Shown: positions 46,997 to 57,051, counted from the stretch's first letter. The stretch is DNA of 64,000 nucleotides from Thermoanaerobaculia bacterium (GCA_963666565.1 OY762911.1:1088001-1152000); one strand, 5' to 3'. Notes: a model not told the origin generated them from the letters alone. Program-made: numbers and translations.

Positions 46997-48336
46997 ATGA
47001 CGGAGCGCCACATCGTCCAGGCCGAAACCCCCTGCGGGACGACACCGGGCTACATGCCCGGGTACGGCAACGACTTCGAGACCGAAGCGCTGCCGGGAGC
47101 GCTGCCGCAGGGAACAGCCCGCAGCGCTGCGCGTACGGCCTCTACGCTGAACAGCTCTCGGGGACGCCGTTCACTGCGCCCCAGGGTGAGAACGAGCGGA
47201 CCTGGTGCTACCGCATCCGCCCCTCGGTCAGGCATTCGTCGCGCTTTCGGAGCATCGACCTGCCGTACTGGCGTTCGGCGCCCCACATCGTCGACGACGT
47301 CGTCTCGCTCGGTCAGTACCGCTGGGACCCGGTGCCCCACACGGCGGAGGCGCTGACCTTCCTGACCGGCATGCGCACGATGACGACCGCCGGCGACGTG
47401 AACACCCAGGTCGGGATGGCCGCCCACATCTATCTCGCCACCGAGAGCATGGTCGACGAGTACTTCTACTCGGCCGACTCGGAGATGCTGGTCGTGCCGC
47501 AGGAGGGCCGGCTCGTCTTCTGGACGGAACTCGGACGGATCGACCTGGAGCCGCGCGAGATCGCGATCCTGCCGCGCGGCATGGTCTTTCGCGTCGAGGT
47601 CGCGGACGGCCCGGCCCGGGGCTTCGTGTGCGAGAACTACGGAGCGAAGTTCCGCCTGCCCGACCGCGGACCGATCGGCGCCAACTGCCTCGCCAACCCC
47701 CGCGACTTCAAGACGCCCGTCGCGGCGTTCGAGGATCGCGAGGTCCCGTCACGGCTGGCGGTCAAGTGGTGCGGCCGCTTTCATGCGTCGGACATCGAGC
47801 AGTCGCCGCTCGACATCGTCGCCTGGCACGGCAACTACGCGCCTTCGAAGTACGGCCTGGGGGCCTTCGCGCCGGTCGGCGCGATCCTCTTCGACCACCC
47901 CGACCCGTCCATCTTCACGGTCCTGACCGCGCCGTCGGGCGTGCCCGGCACCGCCAACATCGACTTCGTGCTCTTTCGCGATCGCTGGAGCGTCGCGGAG
48001 CACACCTTCCGGCCGCCCTGGTACCATAAGAACGTCATGTCGGAGCTGATGGGCAACATCTACGGCATCTACGACGCCAAGCCGGAGGGCTTCGTGCCGG
48101 GCGGCCTGTCGCTGCACAACATGATGCTGCCCCACGGCCCCGACGCCGACGCCTTCGAGGCCGCGACGTCCGCCGAACTGGCGCCGAGGAAGCTCGAGAA
48201 CACGATGAGCTTCATGTTCGAGACCCGCTTCCCGCAGCACCTGACCGAGTTCGCGGCCCGCGAGGCGCCGCTCCAGGACGACTACACGGACTGCTGGACG
48301 GGGCTCGAGAAGCGCTTCGACCCGGGCGACTGCTGA
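46997..48336 (+). pseudogene. hmgA: Homogentisate 1,2-dioxygenase, frameshifted near 47112 (or a sequencing error)
   Basis: [21 protein letters not shown] is in one frame and [17 protein letters not shown]...FRPPWYH.N.MSE...HGPD in another. Confidence 0.85.
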
Positions 48337-49181
48337 TGGCGATGAGGACGTTTCTCTACTTTGTCGCAGGGAGCCTGGCGGCGATGATGCCTGTCGCGCA
48401 GGCTGCCCACGGCGAAACGGCGCGCCCGCTGTCGGCCTTCTTCGGGTTGGACAACGCCCTGCCGGCCGGGGCGAATTTCCTCTGCCAGGGCGCATCCGGG
48501 CAGGACGGCATGCCGATCGTGCTGTCCCATACCGTGGACGCGGAAACCTTGCAGCCCGAGGACTTCCGGATCGTCACGCGGTCCGGGTCCGAACGCACTC
48601 CCCTCTGCTCGACCCTCCGGCCGGCCGGCGATCCAGGCGAACTCAGGACCGTGCTCCTCATCGGTGAGTTCGGCGACGCGGCCGGCGACCCGCCGGCGAG
48701 AGCGCTCGTTGTCGGCGACCTGTTCTCGGATGGAGCGGCGGGCGATCCGGTGAACTTCCGCGGAACGGAGACTGGCGTCACGCCGCTGGATGCCGGGCCC
48801 TCTCTCGTACTCGCGGAGGTGGTACCGGAGGACCGATGGGCGACGGAGAGCCGGGGGTCGGCGTGTCCGGAGGGCATCCAACAGGTGGTCCGGGCGACCT
48901 GGGCCGGCGGCGTGCGACTGCCGGATGGCGCCGACGCTGGCGATGCCGAGCGCGCCCTCTATCGCGTGACCGTGAAGCGCCCGGACGGCTCGACCGACGA
49001 GATCGTTCCGGCGGCGCTCGCGGATCTGGGGGACAACGACAACAACCACCTTCTGTGCCTCGATACGGCCGCCCCGGCGGTCTCGGTCAGCTTCCCGGGC
49101 GGTCATCTGGTAGACCCCAATCGGGATCTGAATCCGGATACGCGCGTTGCGGTCGGCGGTGCTGCTGGTGAGGCGCCCTGA
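48336..49181 (+). CDS. Exported hypothetical protein
   Basis: 281-aa ORF coupled to the hmgA stop; signal peptide ending AQA; several Cys; DLGDNDNNHLLCLD. Confidence 0.7.
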   Translation: MAMRTFLYFVAGSLAAMMPVAQAAHGETARPLSAFFGLDNALPAGANFLCQGASGQDGMPIVLSHTVDAETLQPEDFRIVTRSGSERTPLCSTLRPAGDPGELRTVLLIGEFGDAAGDPPARALVVGDLFSDGAAGDPVNFRGTETGVTPLDAGPSLVLAEVVPEDRWATESRGSACPEGIQQVVRATWAGGVRLPDGADAGDAERALYRVTVKRPDGSTDEIVPAALADLGDNDNNHLLCLDTAAPAVSVSFPGGHLVDPNRDLNPDTRVAVGGAAGEAP

Positions 49182-49246
49182 CCGTTTCCGCCGACGTGCC
49201 GCCGGTGTCTTGACGGGCTCGCCGCTTCGCGGCATCGCGCTTGGTT

Positions 49247-49274
49247 CGGGTCGGAAGACCCGCGCACCGACAGG
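49247..49274. repeat. Single core palindrome, intergenic
   Basis: CGGGTCGGAAGACCCGCGCACCGACAGG is identical to 7112-7139. Confidence 0.88.
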
Positions 49275-49297
49275 CGCCTTGGAAGTGTGTGAGCACT

Positions 49298-49479
49298 CGT
49301 ACGGGATTCGTTCGCCTCATTGGCGCTTTGCGCCGATGTGCCGCCGAGATCCCGCACGGGCTCCCTCGTGCGCCGGGGCGCTGGTAGGCGTTCGCGGGAT
49401 TCGTTCGCCTCATTGGCGCTTTGCGCCAATGAGCCGCCGAGATCACGTACGGGCTGTCAGCGCGCGCCGCGGCGCGCGC
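49298..49479 (-). repeat. tRNA-linked tandem repeats (two units, ~95-bp period)
   Basis: CGGGATTCG recurs at 49302, 49395 and, inside the tRNA, 49492; the two outer copies share TTCGCCTCATTGGCGCTTTGCGCC.ATG.GCCGCCGAGATC.CG.ACGGGCT. Confidence 0.85.
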
Positions 49480-49555
49480 TGGTAGCCCGTACGGGATTCG
49501 AACCCGTGTTACTGGCGTGAGAGGCCAGCGTCCTAGACCCCTAGACGAACGGGCC
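49480..49555 (-). tRNA. tRNA-Glu (anticodon CTC)
   Basis: Cloverleaf: acceptor GGCCCGT/ACGGGCT, anticodon arm CTGGC-CTCTCAC-GCCAG, T-arm ACGGG-TTCGAAT-CCCGT, encoded CCA. Confidence 0.97.
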
Positions 49556-49656
49556 ACGCGTGCGCAGGGCCGCACAACTTAGCACAGTCGGCCCGTCTCC
49601 GGCGCGGGCGGCGGGCCCGGAATCACGCCTTCCCGCGGTGGTGTTAGGTTGCCGTA

Positions 49657-51540
49657 GTGTCTCTCCCACCCGGCATCTCCCGCTGCGCCGCCGGCCTGCT
49701 GGCGGCTGCCCTGGGGCTCCTGCCGTTTGCCCCGGCGTTGGCGCAGAGAGACGACGAGCCGGAGACGGAGATCCTCTCCCACGAACAGGGCACGATCGTC
49801 GTCGACCGCGACGCCGCGCCCCTGCCCTGGGCAGTCTCGTCGTCCGGTCCGCTCGTCGCGCTGGGCCCCGTGGTCGAGACGCTGGGAGGCGATCTGGAGA
49901 GGGGGCCGCTCGGCGAGGCGCACACGCTGCGGGTAGCGGGCCGGGAGGTCGTGCTCGGTCCCCTGAGCCGGACGGTCACGGTCGACGGCGAGATCCACAA
50001 CCTGTCGATCCGCCCGTGGATCGAACCGGAGCCCGTGTACCCGGACGAGGAGGAGGACGAAGACGACGCCGCGGACACCGGGGCGGGCGGGGAACCGGAA
50101 GGAGCGCCTTCCGGACCGGCCAGCGATCGGACCGAGCCGGCGGCCGGCAGAGCGGAGGAAGAGGCCAGGCCGGGCGACGACGGGGAAGACGACGGGGCCG
50201 GGCTTGGGAACGATCGGGCCGACCCGGAGCGGCCGGACGGCGAGGACGAACCCGAACGGCTCGAGCCGCGCCGCCTGTACGTTCCCATCGACGCCCTCGC
50301 GCGGGCCTACCCGGAGACGCTCGGTTACCGCTTCGACTTCGACCGGCGGCGCGGCCTGCTCCGGGTCGGCCGCGCCGGCGAACCCCGCCTCGACGTCGAG
50401 GTGCAGCGCGTCCACGACCTCGGCGCCACGACGCTGGTCGTGACCTTCTCCAGCCGGCCCCGCTTCCAGGTCGATCGCTACCCTGCGGGCCTGCGGCTGC
50501 GGCTCCTGAGCGGCGTCATGGGCCCGCGCCGCCGGGCGACGCTGAACGATCCCCTCGTCCGCTGGGTCGAGGTGCGGGAGCGCTCGGTCGACATCGGTCT
50601 GACGCCGGGGGCCGAAGCGTCCGAGCCGTATCTCCTCGGTCGTCCGCCGCGGGTCCAGGTCGTTCTCGACATCACGCGGGGCCGGCCGGGTCCGCGGCCG
50701 CGCGCCACGTCGCGGCCGGCCGAGGAGGCGCGGCGCGAGTTCCGGATCGTCCTCGATCCGGGTCACGGCGGCACGGACAACGGCGTGCGGGCGCCGGCCG
50801 GCCAGAGCGAGAAGGACCTCGCGCTCGGGATCGCCCAGGCGCTCGGGTCCTACCTGGAGCGCGACCTGGGTGCGCGCGTGGTGCTCAGCCGCGGCGGCGA
50901 CAGCGCCGTGACGCTGGAGAACCGGACCGCCCTGGCCAACCAGTACGAGGCCGACATCTTCCTCTCGCTGCACGTTCACGCCGGCGGGCCGCACACGCGG
51001 GGAAGCGCGTTCCAGACGTGGATTCTCGATCCGCCGCCCGCCTCGTTCGAGGAGGAAGAAGCGGCGGCCGCCGAGCCGGAGACCAAGGCAGCGGAGGACG
51101 AACCGGCTGCCGAGACGCCCGGCTTCGGACGACCCGGCGCCGCGGACGACGATGTCGGTGCGCCGGCCTTGGGAGCGGACGAACCGGCGGAAGAAGAGCC
51201 GCCCATCGCCATCCCGCCGCTCGAACCCTGGGACCGCGTACACGACGCCGCGCTCGAGCGGAGCGCCCTGCTGGCTCGGCTGATCCAGACGCAGGTGAGC
51301 GACGTCCTCGACCGCCGGAACCGCAGCGTCCGGCGCGCGCCCCTGCGGGTGCTGACCGGAGCGTCGATGCCGGCGGTGCTGATCGAGTTCGGGTACGAGG
51401 AGAGTGCGCGAGGCGAGACCCCGATCTTCCGGGGATCGCGCGGCCGCGAAGTGTTCGAGGCGATCGGCCGGGCGATCCGGATCTACCGCGGCGCCGCGAC
51501 CGCCGCTGCGCAGACGGCCGCGGGCGAGGAGCGCTCGTGA
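49657..51540 (+). CDS. N-acetylmuramoyl-L-alanine amidase (Amidase_3) with acidic low-complexity inserts
   Basis: Signal peptide; LDPGHGG, EKDLAL, R..LAN...ADIFLSLH, MPAVLIEFGY. Confidence 0.88.
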   Translation: MSLPPGISRCAAGLLAAALGLLPFAPALAQRDDEPETEILSHEQGTIVVDRDAAPLPWAVSSSGPLVALGPVVETLGGDLERGPLGEAHTLRVAGREVVLGPLSRTVTVDGEIHNLSIRPWIEPEPVYPDEEEDEDDAADTGAGGEPEGAPSGPASDRTEPAAGRAEEEARPGDDGEDDGAGLGNDRADPERPDGEDEPERLEPRRLYVPIDALARAYPETLGYRFDFDRRRGLLRVGRAGEPRLDVEVQRVHDLGATTLVVTFSSRPRFQVDRYPAGLRLRLLSGVMGPRRRATLNDPLVRWVEVRERSVDIGLTPGAEASEPYLLGRPPRVQVVLDITRGRPGPRPRATSRPAEEARREFRIVLDPGHGGTDNGVRAPAGQSEKDLALGIAQALGSYLERDLGARVVLSRGGDSAVTLENRTALANQYEADIFLSLHVHAGGPHTRGSAFQTWILDPPPASFEEEEAAAAEPETKAAEDEPAAETPGFGRPGAADDDVGAPALGADEPAEEEPPIAIPPLEPWDRVHDAALERSALLARLIQTQVSDVLDRRNRSVRRAPLRVLTGASMPAVLIEFGYEESARGETPIFRGSRGREVFEAIGRAIRIYRGAATAAAQTAAGEERS

Positions 51541-52478
51541 AGCGGCGAGCCCTCGCCGTCGTCCTTCCGGTCTTCGTCATGCTCTCTGCCTGCGGCGACG
51601 GCGGCGCGAACGGCGACGCCGAAGCCGCCGTGGAACTCGTCCCCGAGGGCGAGGACTTCCTCGCGACCCTGTGCTTTCCGGCGGCCGACGACCTGCTCCG
51701 TTGCGAGCCACGGGCGATCCCTGCCGCCGGCAGCGTCGAGGAGACGGCGGCGGCGATCGTTCAGGCCCTGATCGACGGCCCCGGCGTGGCCGCGCCGGCA
51801 GACCGGGCGCCGGCCGACGACGGCGCGCCGGAAGACGCGGTCCCGGTCCGGAACGATGGATCGCCGAACGTGTCCCGGGCCGGCGGCGCCGCGCCGCCAC
51901 CTGGCGAGGATCTCTTCCCGGCCCTGCCGCCCGGCGTCGAGCTGCAGGCGTTCGACCTGGTCGACGGTGTCGCCTGGGTCGACCTGACGGTCGCGCGGTC
52001 CGGCGCCGCGGCGGCGCGCTTCGAGCAGCCGGCGATGGGGCTGGGCGAGGAACTCCTCGCCGTCTACAGCCTGGTGAACAGCCTGACCGCGAGCGATCTG
52101 GGCATCGAGCGCGTCGTGCTGATGTGGAACGGCGAGCAGCGCCTGACCTTCGCCGGCCACGTCGACACGACCCGGCCTCTGCCGCCCGACCCCGACCGGA
52201 ACGCGGCGCCTTCCGCCGACCGGGTGCGCGGGTCTTCCGCCGACCGGGTGCGCGGGTCTTCCGCCGACCGGGTGCGCGGGTCTTCCGCCGACCGGGAGCG
52301 CGAGCCTTCCGCCGACTGGGTGCGCGGGCCTTCCGCCGACTGGGTGCGCGGGCCTTCGGCCGACTGGGTGCGCGGGCCTTCGGCCGACTGGGTGCGCGGG
52401 CCTTCGGCCGACTGGGTGCGCGGGTCTTCTGACCCGCTCCGAAGAAACCCCGCCGGCGAAACCGGCGCGGACCTCTGA
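51537..52478 (+). CDS. GerMN-domain lipoprotein with a repeat-derived C-terminal tandem array
   Basis: GTGA-coupled start; lipobox LSAC; [31 protein letters not shown]; amidase-GerMN-murI-rph order. Confidence 0.85.
   Translation: MKRRALAVVLPVFVMLSACGDGGANGDAEAAVELVPEGEDFLATLCFPAADDLLRCEPRAIPAAGSVEETAAAIVQALIDGPGVAAPADRAPADDGAPEDAVPVRNDGSPNVSRAGGAAPPPGEDLFPALPPGVELQAFDLVDGVAWVDLTVARSGAAAARFEQPAMGLGEELLAVYSLVNSLTASDLGIERVVLMWNGEQRLTFAGHVDTTRPLPPDPDRNAAPSADRVRGSSADRVRGSSADRVRGSSADREREPSADWVRGPSADWVRGPSADWVRGPSADWVRGPSADWVRGSSDPLRRNPAGETGADL
52212..52437 (+). repeat. Nine 24-bp tandem units derived from the palindromic element, ending in an intact core
   Basis: Unit TCSGCCGACYGGGTGCGCGGGYCT, encoding SAD(R/W)VRG(S/P); one divergent unit encodes SADREREP. 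Confidence 0.95.
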
Positions 52479-52481
52479 GCG

Positions 52482-53471
52482 ATGCGCGGCACCCAGCCTC
52501 TGATCGGCGTCTTCGACTCGGGCGTCGGCGGCCTGACCGTGGTCGCCGCGCTGCGGCGCCGCCTTCCCGGCGCCTCCATCCTCTACCTCGGCGACACCGC
52601 CCGCCTGCCCTACGGCACGAAGTCGCGGCGCACCGTGCTGCGCTACTCGCAGGCGAACGTCGACTTCCTGGAGCGCCGCGGCGTCGACGCCCTGGTGGTG
52701 GCCTGCAACACGGCCTCCGCGATGGCGCTCGACGACCTCGTCGTGCGGGCGCCGCACTGGGGGGTACTGGCGCCCGGCGCCTCGGCCGCGGTGGCGGCGG
52801 CGCGCCGGCACGTAGGCGTTATCGCCACCGAGTCGACGGTGCGGTCGAGAGCCTACGAAGAGGCGATCCGCCGCCTCGACCCGCGCCTCCGCGTCAGTCA
52901 GCGGGCCTGTCCGCTGCTCGTGCCGCTGGTCGAGGAAGGCTGGGAGGAGGACGAGATCACCGGGCGCATCGTCGCCCGGTACCTCGAACCGCTGCTGGCC
53001 GAGGGAATCGACACGCTGCTGCTCGGCTGCACCCACTACCCGATGCTGCGCGGCGCGCTGGAGCGTGTGTGCGGCCCGGACGTGACCCTCGTCGACTCCG
53101 CCGAATCGACCGGCGCGCTGGTCGCGCGGGAACTGCGCGCCGCGGACTGGACGGACAATGCGGCAGGCCGCCTTCGGCGGCGTGCGGGTCGAGAGACCCG
53201 CGGACCCGGTTCTGCCGGCGCCGCGGGCTGGACGGACGATGCGGCAGGCCGCCTTCGGCGGCGTGCGGGTCGGAAGACCCGCGCACCGGGTTCTGCGGAC
53301 GCCGCGGCGGGATCGGCGAGTGTGAGACTCTTCGCCACCGACGCCGGGTCGCGGTTTGCCAGACTTGCCGAGCGGATCCTTGGCGAGCCGGCGCCGCTCG
53401 AGTGGGTCGACGTGGACGAGCCGGAAGACGAGCCGGAACAGACGGAAGAAGGGGAGGAGGGGAGAACGTGA
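52482..53471 (+). CDS. murI: Glutamate racemase with a 2x27-aa repeat-derived insert
   Basis: [40 protein letters not shown]. Confidence 0.95.
   Translation: MRGTQPLIGVFDSGVGGLTVVAALRRRLPGASILYLGDTARLPYGTKSRRTVLRYSQANVDFLERRGVDALVVACNTASAMALDDLVVRAPHWGVLAPGASAAVAAARRHVGVIATESTVRSRAYEEAIRRLDPRLRVSQRACPLLVPLVEEGWEEDEITGRIVARYLEPLLAEGIDTLLLGCTHYPMLRGALERVCGPDVTLVDSAESTGALVARELRAADWTDNAAGRLRRRAGRETRGPGSAGAAGWTDDAAGRLRRRAGRKTRAPGSADAAAGSASVRLFATDAGSRFARLAERILGEPAPLEWVDVDEPEDEPEQTEEGEEGRT
53139..53300. repeat. Two 81-bp tandem units, each with a core palindrome, inside murI
   Basis: Period 81 bp; each unit has GGCCGCCTTCGGCGGC..GCGGGTC....GACCCGCG.ACC. Confidence 0.93.
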
Positions 53472-54304
53472 CGAATCGACGCGGCGGTTTCGCCCGGAGC
53501 GGAGGCAGGTCGCCGTCGGCCCTGCGCCCGGCGACGATCGAACTGGACGCGATGAAGTTCGCCGAGGGTTCGGCGCTTGTTGAATGCGGCGACACCCGGG
53601 TGCTCTGCTCGGCCAGCGTTGAGCGGCGGGTCCCGCCTTTCCTGGTCGGCAAGGGCCAGGGCTGGCTCACCGCCGAGTACTCGATGCTGCCGCGGGCAAC
53701 GCTGACCCGTTCCCGGCGGGAAGTCTCGCGCGGGCGGCCCTCGGGGCGGACGGCGGAGATCCAGCGACTGATCGGCCGTTCGCTCCGGTCGGCGGTCAAC
53801 CTGAGGAAGCTCCCGGAAGTCACGATCGCGGTCGACTGCGACGTCATCCAGGCCGACGGCGGCACCCGCACCGCCTCGATCACCGGCGCCTACGTGGCGA
53901 CCGTCGCGGCGCTGTCCAGGATGCTGCTGGAGGGCGGCCTGAAGAAGTGGCCCGTCGTCCATTCCGTGGCCGCGGTCTCGGTCGGCATCTGCCGGGACGA
54001 GTTGCTGCTCGACCTGGAGTACGTCGAGGACCGGGACGCCCAGGTCGACCTGAACGTGGTGGCGACCGGCGAGGGCGATCTGATCGAGGTCCAGGGCACG
54101 GCCGAGGGCCGCGTGTTCACGCGGCCCGAGTTCGACGGCCTCCTCGACCTGGCGCTCGCCGGCATCGCGGAACTGGCCGAGATGCAGCAGCGCTGCCTGG
54201 CGCCGCGCCTGGCGGAGATGGAAGAAGCGGTCGAGCGCCGCCGCAGAGGTCCCGCCAAGGCGAAGGACGAGGCCAGCGTCTGGGGTCGTCCGCCGCGCTC
54301 GTAG
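53468..54304 (+). CDS. rph: Ribonuclease PH
   Basis: [55 protein letters not shown]; SD and GTGA overlap. Confidence 0.96.
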   Translation: MTNRRGGFARSGGRSPSALRPATIELDAMKFAEGSALVECGDTRVLCSASVERRVPPFLVGKGQGWLTAEYSMLPRATLTRSRREVSRGRPSGRTAEIQRLIGRSLRSAVNLRKLPEVTIAVDCDVIQADGGTRTASITGAYVATVAALSRMLLEGGLKKWPVVHSVAAVSVGICRDELLLDLEYVEDRDAQVDLNVVATGEGDLIEVQGTAEGRVFTRPEFDGLLDLALAGIAELAEMQQRCLAPRLAEMEEAVERRRRGPAKAKDEASVWGRPPRS

Positions 54305-54311
54305 CGGTTCC

Positions 54312-55697
54312 GTGGACATCCACCTGATCGCCATCGGCGGCACCGGCATGGCGCCGCTGGCCTGCCTGCTCCGAGAACTCGGCCACCGGGTCCGCGGCTC
54401 GGACGGGCCGCTCTACCCGCCCACCAGCGACCTGCTCGCCGGCGCGGGCATCGAGCCCCTGGTCGGCCACGACCCGGCGCACCTCGAACCGCGGCCGGAC
54501 CTCGTGATCGTCGGCAACGCGGTGCCGCGCACCAACCCCGAGGCCGCGGCGACGGAAGAGCTCGGCCTGCCGCGGCTGTCGATGCCCGAAGCGCTCGATC
54601 GCTTCGTCCTCCGGGACCGCCGGCCGCTGGTCGTCGCCGGCAGCCACGGCAAGACGACGACGACCGCGATGGCCGCCTGGGTCTACTCCCGCGTCGGCGC
54701 CGACCCCGGCTATCTCATCGGCGGCGCGCCGATCGGTCTGCCGTCGGGCTTCGCTCTCGGCGCCGGTTCGCGCTTCGTCATCGAGGGCGACGAGTACAAC
54801 GCCTCCTACTTCGACCGCGGCCCGAAGTTCTGGCACTACCGGCCGGAGACCGTGATCCTGACCAGCCTGGAGCACGATCACGTCGATCTCTATCCCGACT
54901 TGGAGGGCCTGGAGCGCGCCTTCCTCGGTCTCGTCGAGCGCCTGCCGCCGACCGGCCTGCTGGTCGCCTGCGCCGACTACCCGGCGGTGGAGCGGCTGCT
55001 GCCGGCGAGCCCGTGCCGCGTCGTGACCTACGGCGCCGGGGCGGGCGACGTTCGGCTGGTCGGCCCGGTCGGGAGTGGCGAGCATGGGATCTCGTTCGAT
55101 CTGGAGGAAGAGGGCGGGCGACAGCGGGTCGACCTCGGCCTCTGGGGCGAGCACAACGCGCTGAACGCGATGGCCGTGTGGGCGGCGGCTCGCGCCGACG
55201 GGCTCGAGCGGGACGCCGTCCTGGAGGCGCTCGCCACGTTCCGTGGCGTCAGGCGTCGGCTCGAAGTCGTCGGCGAGGCGGCGGGAGTGGTCGTCGTCGA
55301 CGACTTCGCCCACCATGCCTCGGAAGTCGCGGCGTCGCTCGCGGCGCTCCGGCAGCGCTTCCCCGGCCGCCGGCTGGTCGTCCTGTTCGAGCCGAGGAGC
55401 CTGAGCGCTGGCCGCCGGCAGTTCGCGGCCGACCTGGCGGCGTCCCTGGCCGCGGCCGACCGGGTCTTCCTGGCCCCCGTGTTCCACCGCGAGCGCCTGG
55501 GCGAGGAGGGCCTCGATCCGGAACAGGTCGCGGCGGACATCGAGCGGCTCGGCCCGGCGGCTACCGCTTGCGGAGCCAACGACGAACTGGCCGAGCGGGC
55601 GCTCGCCGAAGCCCGCGCCGGCGATGTCCTGGTCACCATGTCCTCGGGCGCATTCGACGCCATGCCCCGGCGCTTGGCTGCCGGCCTGGCGGGCTAG
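54312..55697 (+). CDS. mpl: UDP-MurNAc:tripeptide ligase (Mpl/MurC-like Mur ligase)
   Basis: IHLIAIGGTGM, AGSHGKTTTT, EGDEYNASYFD..PKF.HY.P, DDFAHH, FEPRS. Confidence 0.85.
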   Translation: MDIHLIAIGGTGMAPLACLLRELGHRVRGSDGPLYPPTSDLLAGAGIEPLVGHDPAHLEPRPDLVIVGNAVPRTNPEAAATEELGLPRLSMPEALDRFVLRDRRPLVVAGSHGKTTTTAMAAWVYSRVGADPGYLIGGAPIGLPSGFALGAGSRFVIEGDEYNASYFDRGPKFWHYRPETVILTSLEHDHVDLYPDLEGLERAFLGLVERLPPTGLLVACADYPAVERLLPASPCRVVTYGAGAGDVRLVGPVGSGEHGISFDLEEEGGRQRVDLGLWGEHNALNAMAVWAAARADGLERDAVLEALATFRGVRRRLEVVGEAAGVVVVDDFAHHASEVAASLAALRQRFPGRRLVVLFEPRSLSAGRRQFAADLAASLAAADRVFLAPVFHRERLGEEGLDPEQVAADIERLGPAATACGANDELAERALAEARAGDVLVTMSSGAFDAMPRRLAAGLAG

Positions 55698-55719
55698 ACA
55701 TCCCCCACTGGGTGCAGCA

Positions 55720-55861
55720 CTGGGTGCGCGGGTCTTCTGACCCGCATCGGGCGGTGCCGCGGAGCGGCGCAGCTCGGACAACGGGGCCGCCGGCCAAAGG
55801 CCGGCTACGATGTTTGATCGCCGCCTGCGGCGGCAGCGGGTCGGGAGACCCGCGCACCCGG
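55720..55861. repeat. Full 142-bp element in opposite orientation, between convergent genes
   Basis: Terminal inverted repeats at 55720-55745 and 55836-55861; the interior is the reverse complement of copies 926 and 9795. Confidence 0.95.
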
Positions 55862-55875
55862 CGGTCGGCTGGGCG

Positions 55876-56757
55876 CTACAGGTGCGTCTCCAGGATCTGC
55901 CGATCCGACATCCCAGGCAGCCGCAGCGCCTCGGCGCCGCCCGGCGGCAACACGCGCCGCGGCGCCAGCCCGACGAGTTCCGTCTCGACCACGCGCACGC
56001 CGGCGCCACGCGCCAGTTCGTCGGCGCGCCCGACCACATCGAGCAGCGACGTCCGGTCGCAATCGGTCAGGTTCACGCTGACCTGTGCCTGGCCCCGGCC
56101 CTCCAGGAAGAACCCGAGCGCACGCACGCCTGGCGGCCCGCCGCCGGACTCGCGCAGCGAAGCCGCGATTCGCTTTGCCTCGCCGACCCGGTCCGTGTCG
56201 AGCAGCAGGTTGAAGGCGACCAGCGGCCGCCGCGCGCCAACGCACACAACGCCGCCAGTCGGGTGCGGCCGGTTCGGACCGCGGTCCGGCAGCCATTCGC
56301 CGGACGCCATCCGCTCGCCAAGCCGCGCGAGACCGCCGCGGCGATGGTCGGCGAGCGCCGCGCGCCCGGGCTCGGAAGCGGCTTCGCCGTAGAAGAACAC
56401 CGGCAGACCGAGCCCGGCGAGCGCGTCCGCCGCGCGGCGCACGGCGTCGACGGCCGCGGGCATCTGGCCCGCCTCCAGGGGCACGAAGGGCGCGACGTCG
56501 AGGCCGCCGAGAAAGGGGTGGATCCCCGAGTGCGTGGCCACGTCGATCCGCTCGACCGCCACAGCCGCCAGGCGCCGGACCGCCTCGACCAGGTCGCCGG
56601 CCTCGCCCAACAGCGTCAGCACCGTCCGGTTGTGGTCCTGGTCCGAGGACACGTCGAGCACCTTCACGCCCGGAGTCGAAGCCGCCTCCGCGCAGGCGTC
56701 GACGACGTCCCGGCGCCGCCCCTCGCTGACGTTCGGAACGCACTCCAGCCGGACCAT
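55876..56757 (-). CDS. Glutamate formiminotransferase
   Basis: ECVPNVSEGRR, D.DHNRTVLT, HSGIHP..G..DV.PF, GARRPLVAFN, QVSVNL, ETELVGL. Confidence 0.9.
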   Translation of the reverse strand: MVRLECVPNVSEGRRRDVVDACAEAASTPGVKVLDVSSDQDHNRTVLTLLGEAGDLVEAVRRLAAVAVERIDVATHSGIHPFLGGLDVAPFVPLEAGQMPAAVDAVRRAADALAGLGLPVFFYGEAASEPGRAALADHRRGGLARLGERMASGEWLPDRGPNRPHPTGGVVCVGARRPLVAFNLLLDTDRVGEAKRIAASLRESGGGPPGVRALGFFLEGRGQAQVSVNLTDCDRTSLLDVVGRADELARGAGVRVVETELVGLAPRRVLPPGGAEALRLPGMSDRQILETHL

Positions 56758-56769
56758 CGGGCCAGTGTA

Positions 56770-56810
56770 GACCCGCGCACCCAGCGGTTCAGAGGACCCG
56801 CGCGCCCAGC
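56770..56810. repeat. Partial plus degenerate core palindrome in tandem, just upstream of the formiminotransferase
   Basis: GACCCGCGCACCCAGCGGTTCAGAGGACCCGCGCGCCCAGC; same architecture as 41579-41627. Confidence 0.85.
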
Positions 56811-56826
56811 GAGCCCTTGGCGGCTC

Positions 56827-57051
56827 CTACGGCGGAGGCCACAGCCGCAACGCGGCCACGATCAGGCCTCCTACGGTCACTGAAGTCGTCAGCGAGGTCA
56901 GGAGCATCCAGACCTTGAGGTGCGCGAGGTCTTCCTTGGTTGCGACATGGCGCAGCGTCTCGTCCACACGGGCGCGCCAAGCTACCCAGTCTTCACTGAA
57001 CGTCGGCTGATCGGAGGGCGTCTCTGCGGCCCCCGTCGTTGCTGCGGTCAT
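56827..57051 (-). CDS. Small coiled-coil protein with a C-terminal TM helix (DUF1640-like)
   Basis: ATKEDL motif followed by a hydrophobic tail; purine-rich GGGAAGGA upstream of ATG 57051. Confidence 0.6.
   Translation of the reverse strand: MTAATTGAAETPSDQPTFSEDWVAWRARVDETLRHVATKEDLAHLKVWMLLTSLTTSVTVGGLIVAALRLWPPP

Noticed and set aside
49560-51536. 972-aa ORF as a giant GerMN protein
   Set aside because: The upstream part overlaps the amidase in another frame; the lipoprotein start is GTG 51537.
52212-52437. Possible CRISPR array
   Set aside because: Units are head-to-tail with no unique spacers, lie in frame in a CDS, and no cas genes are present.
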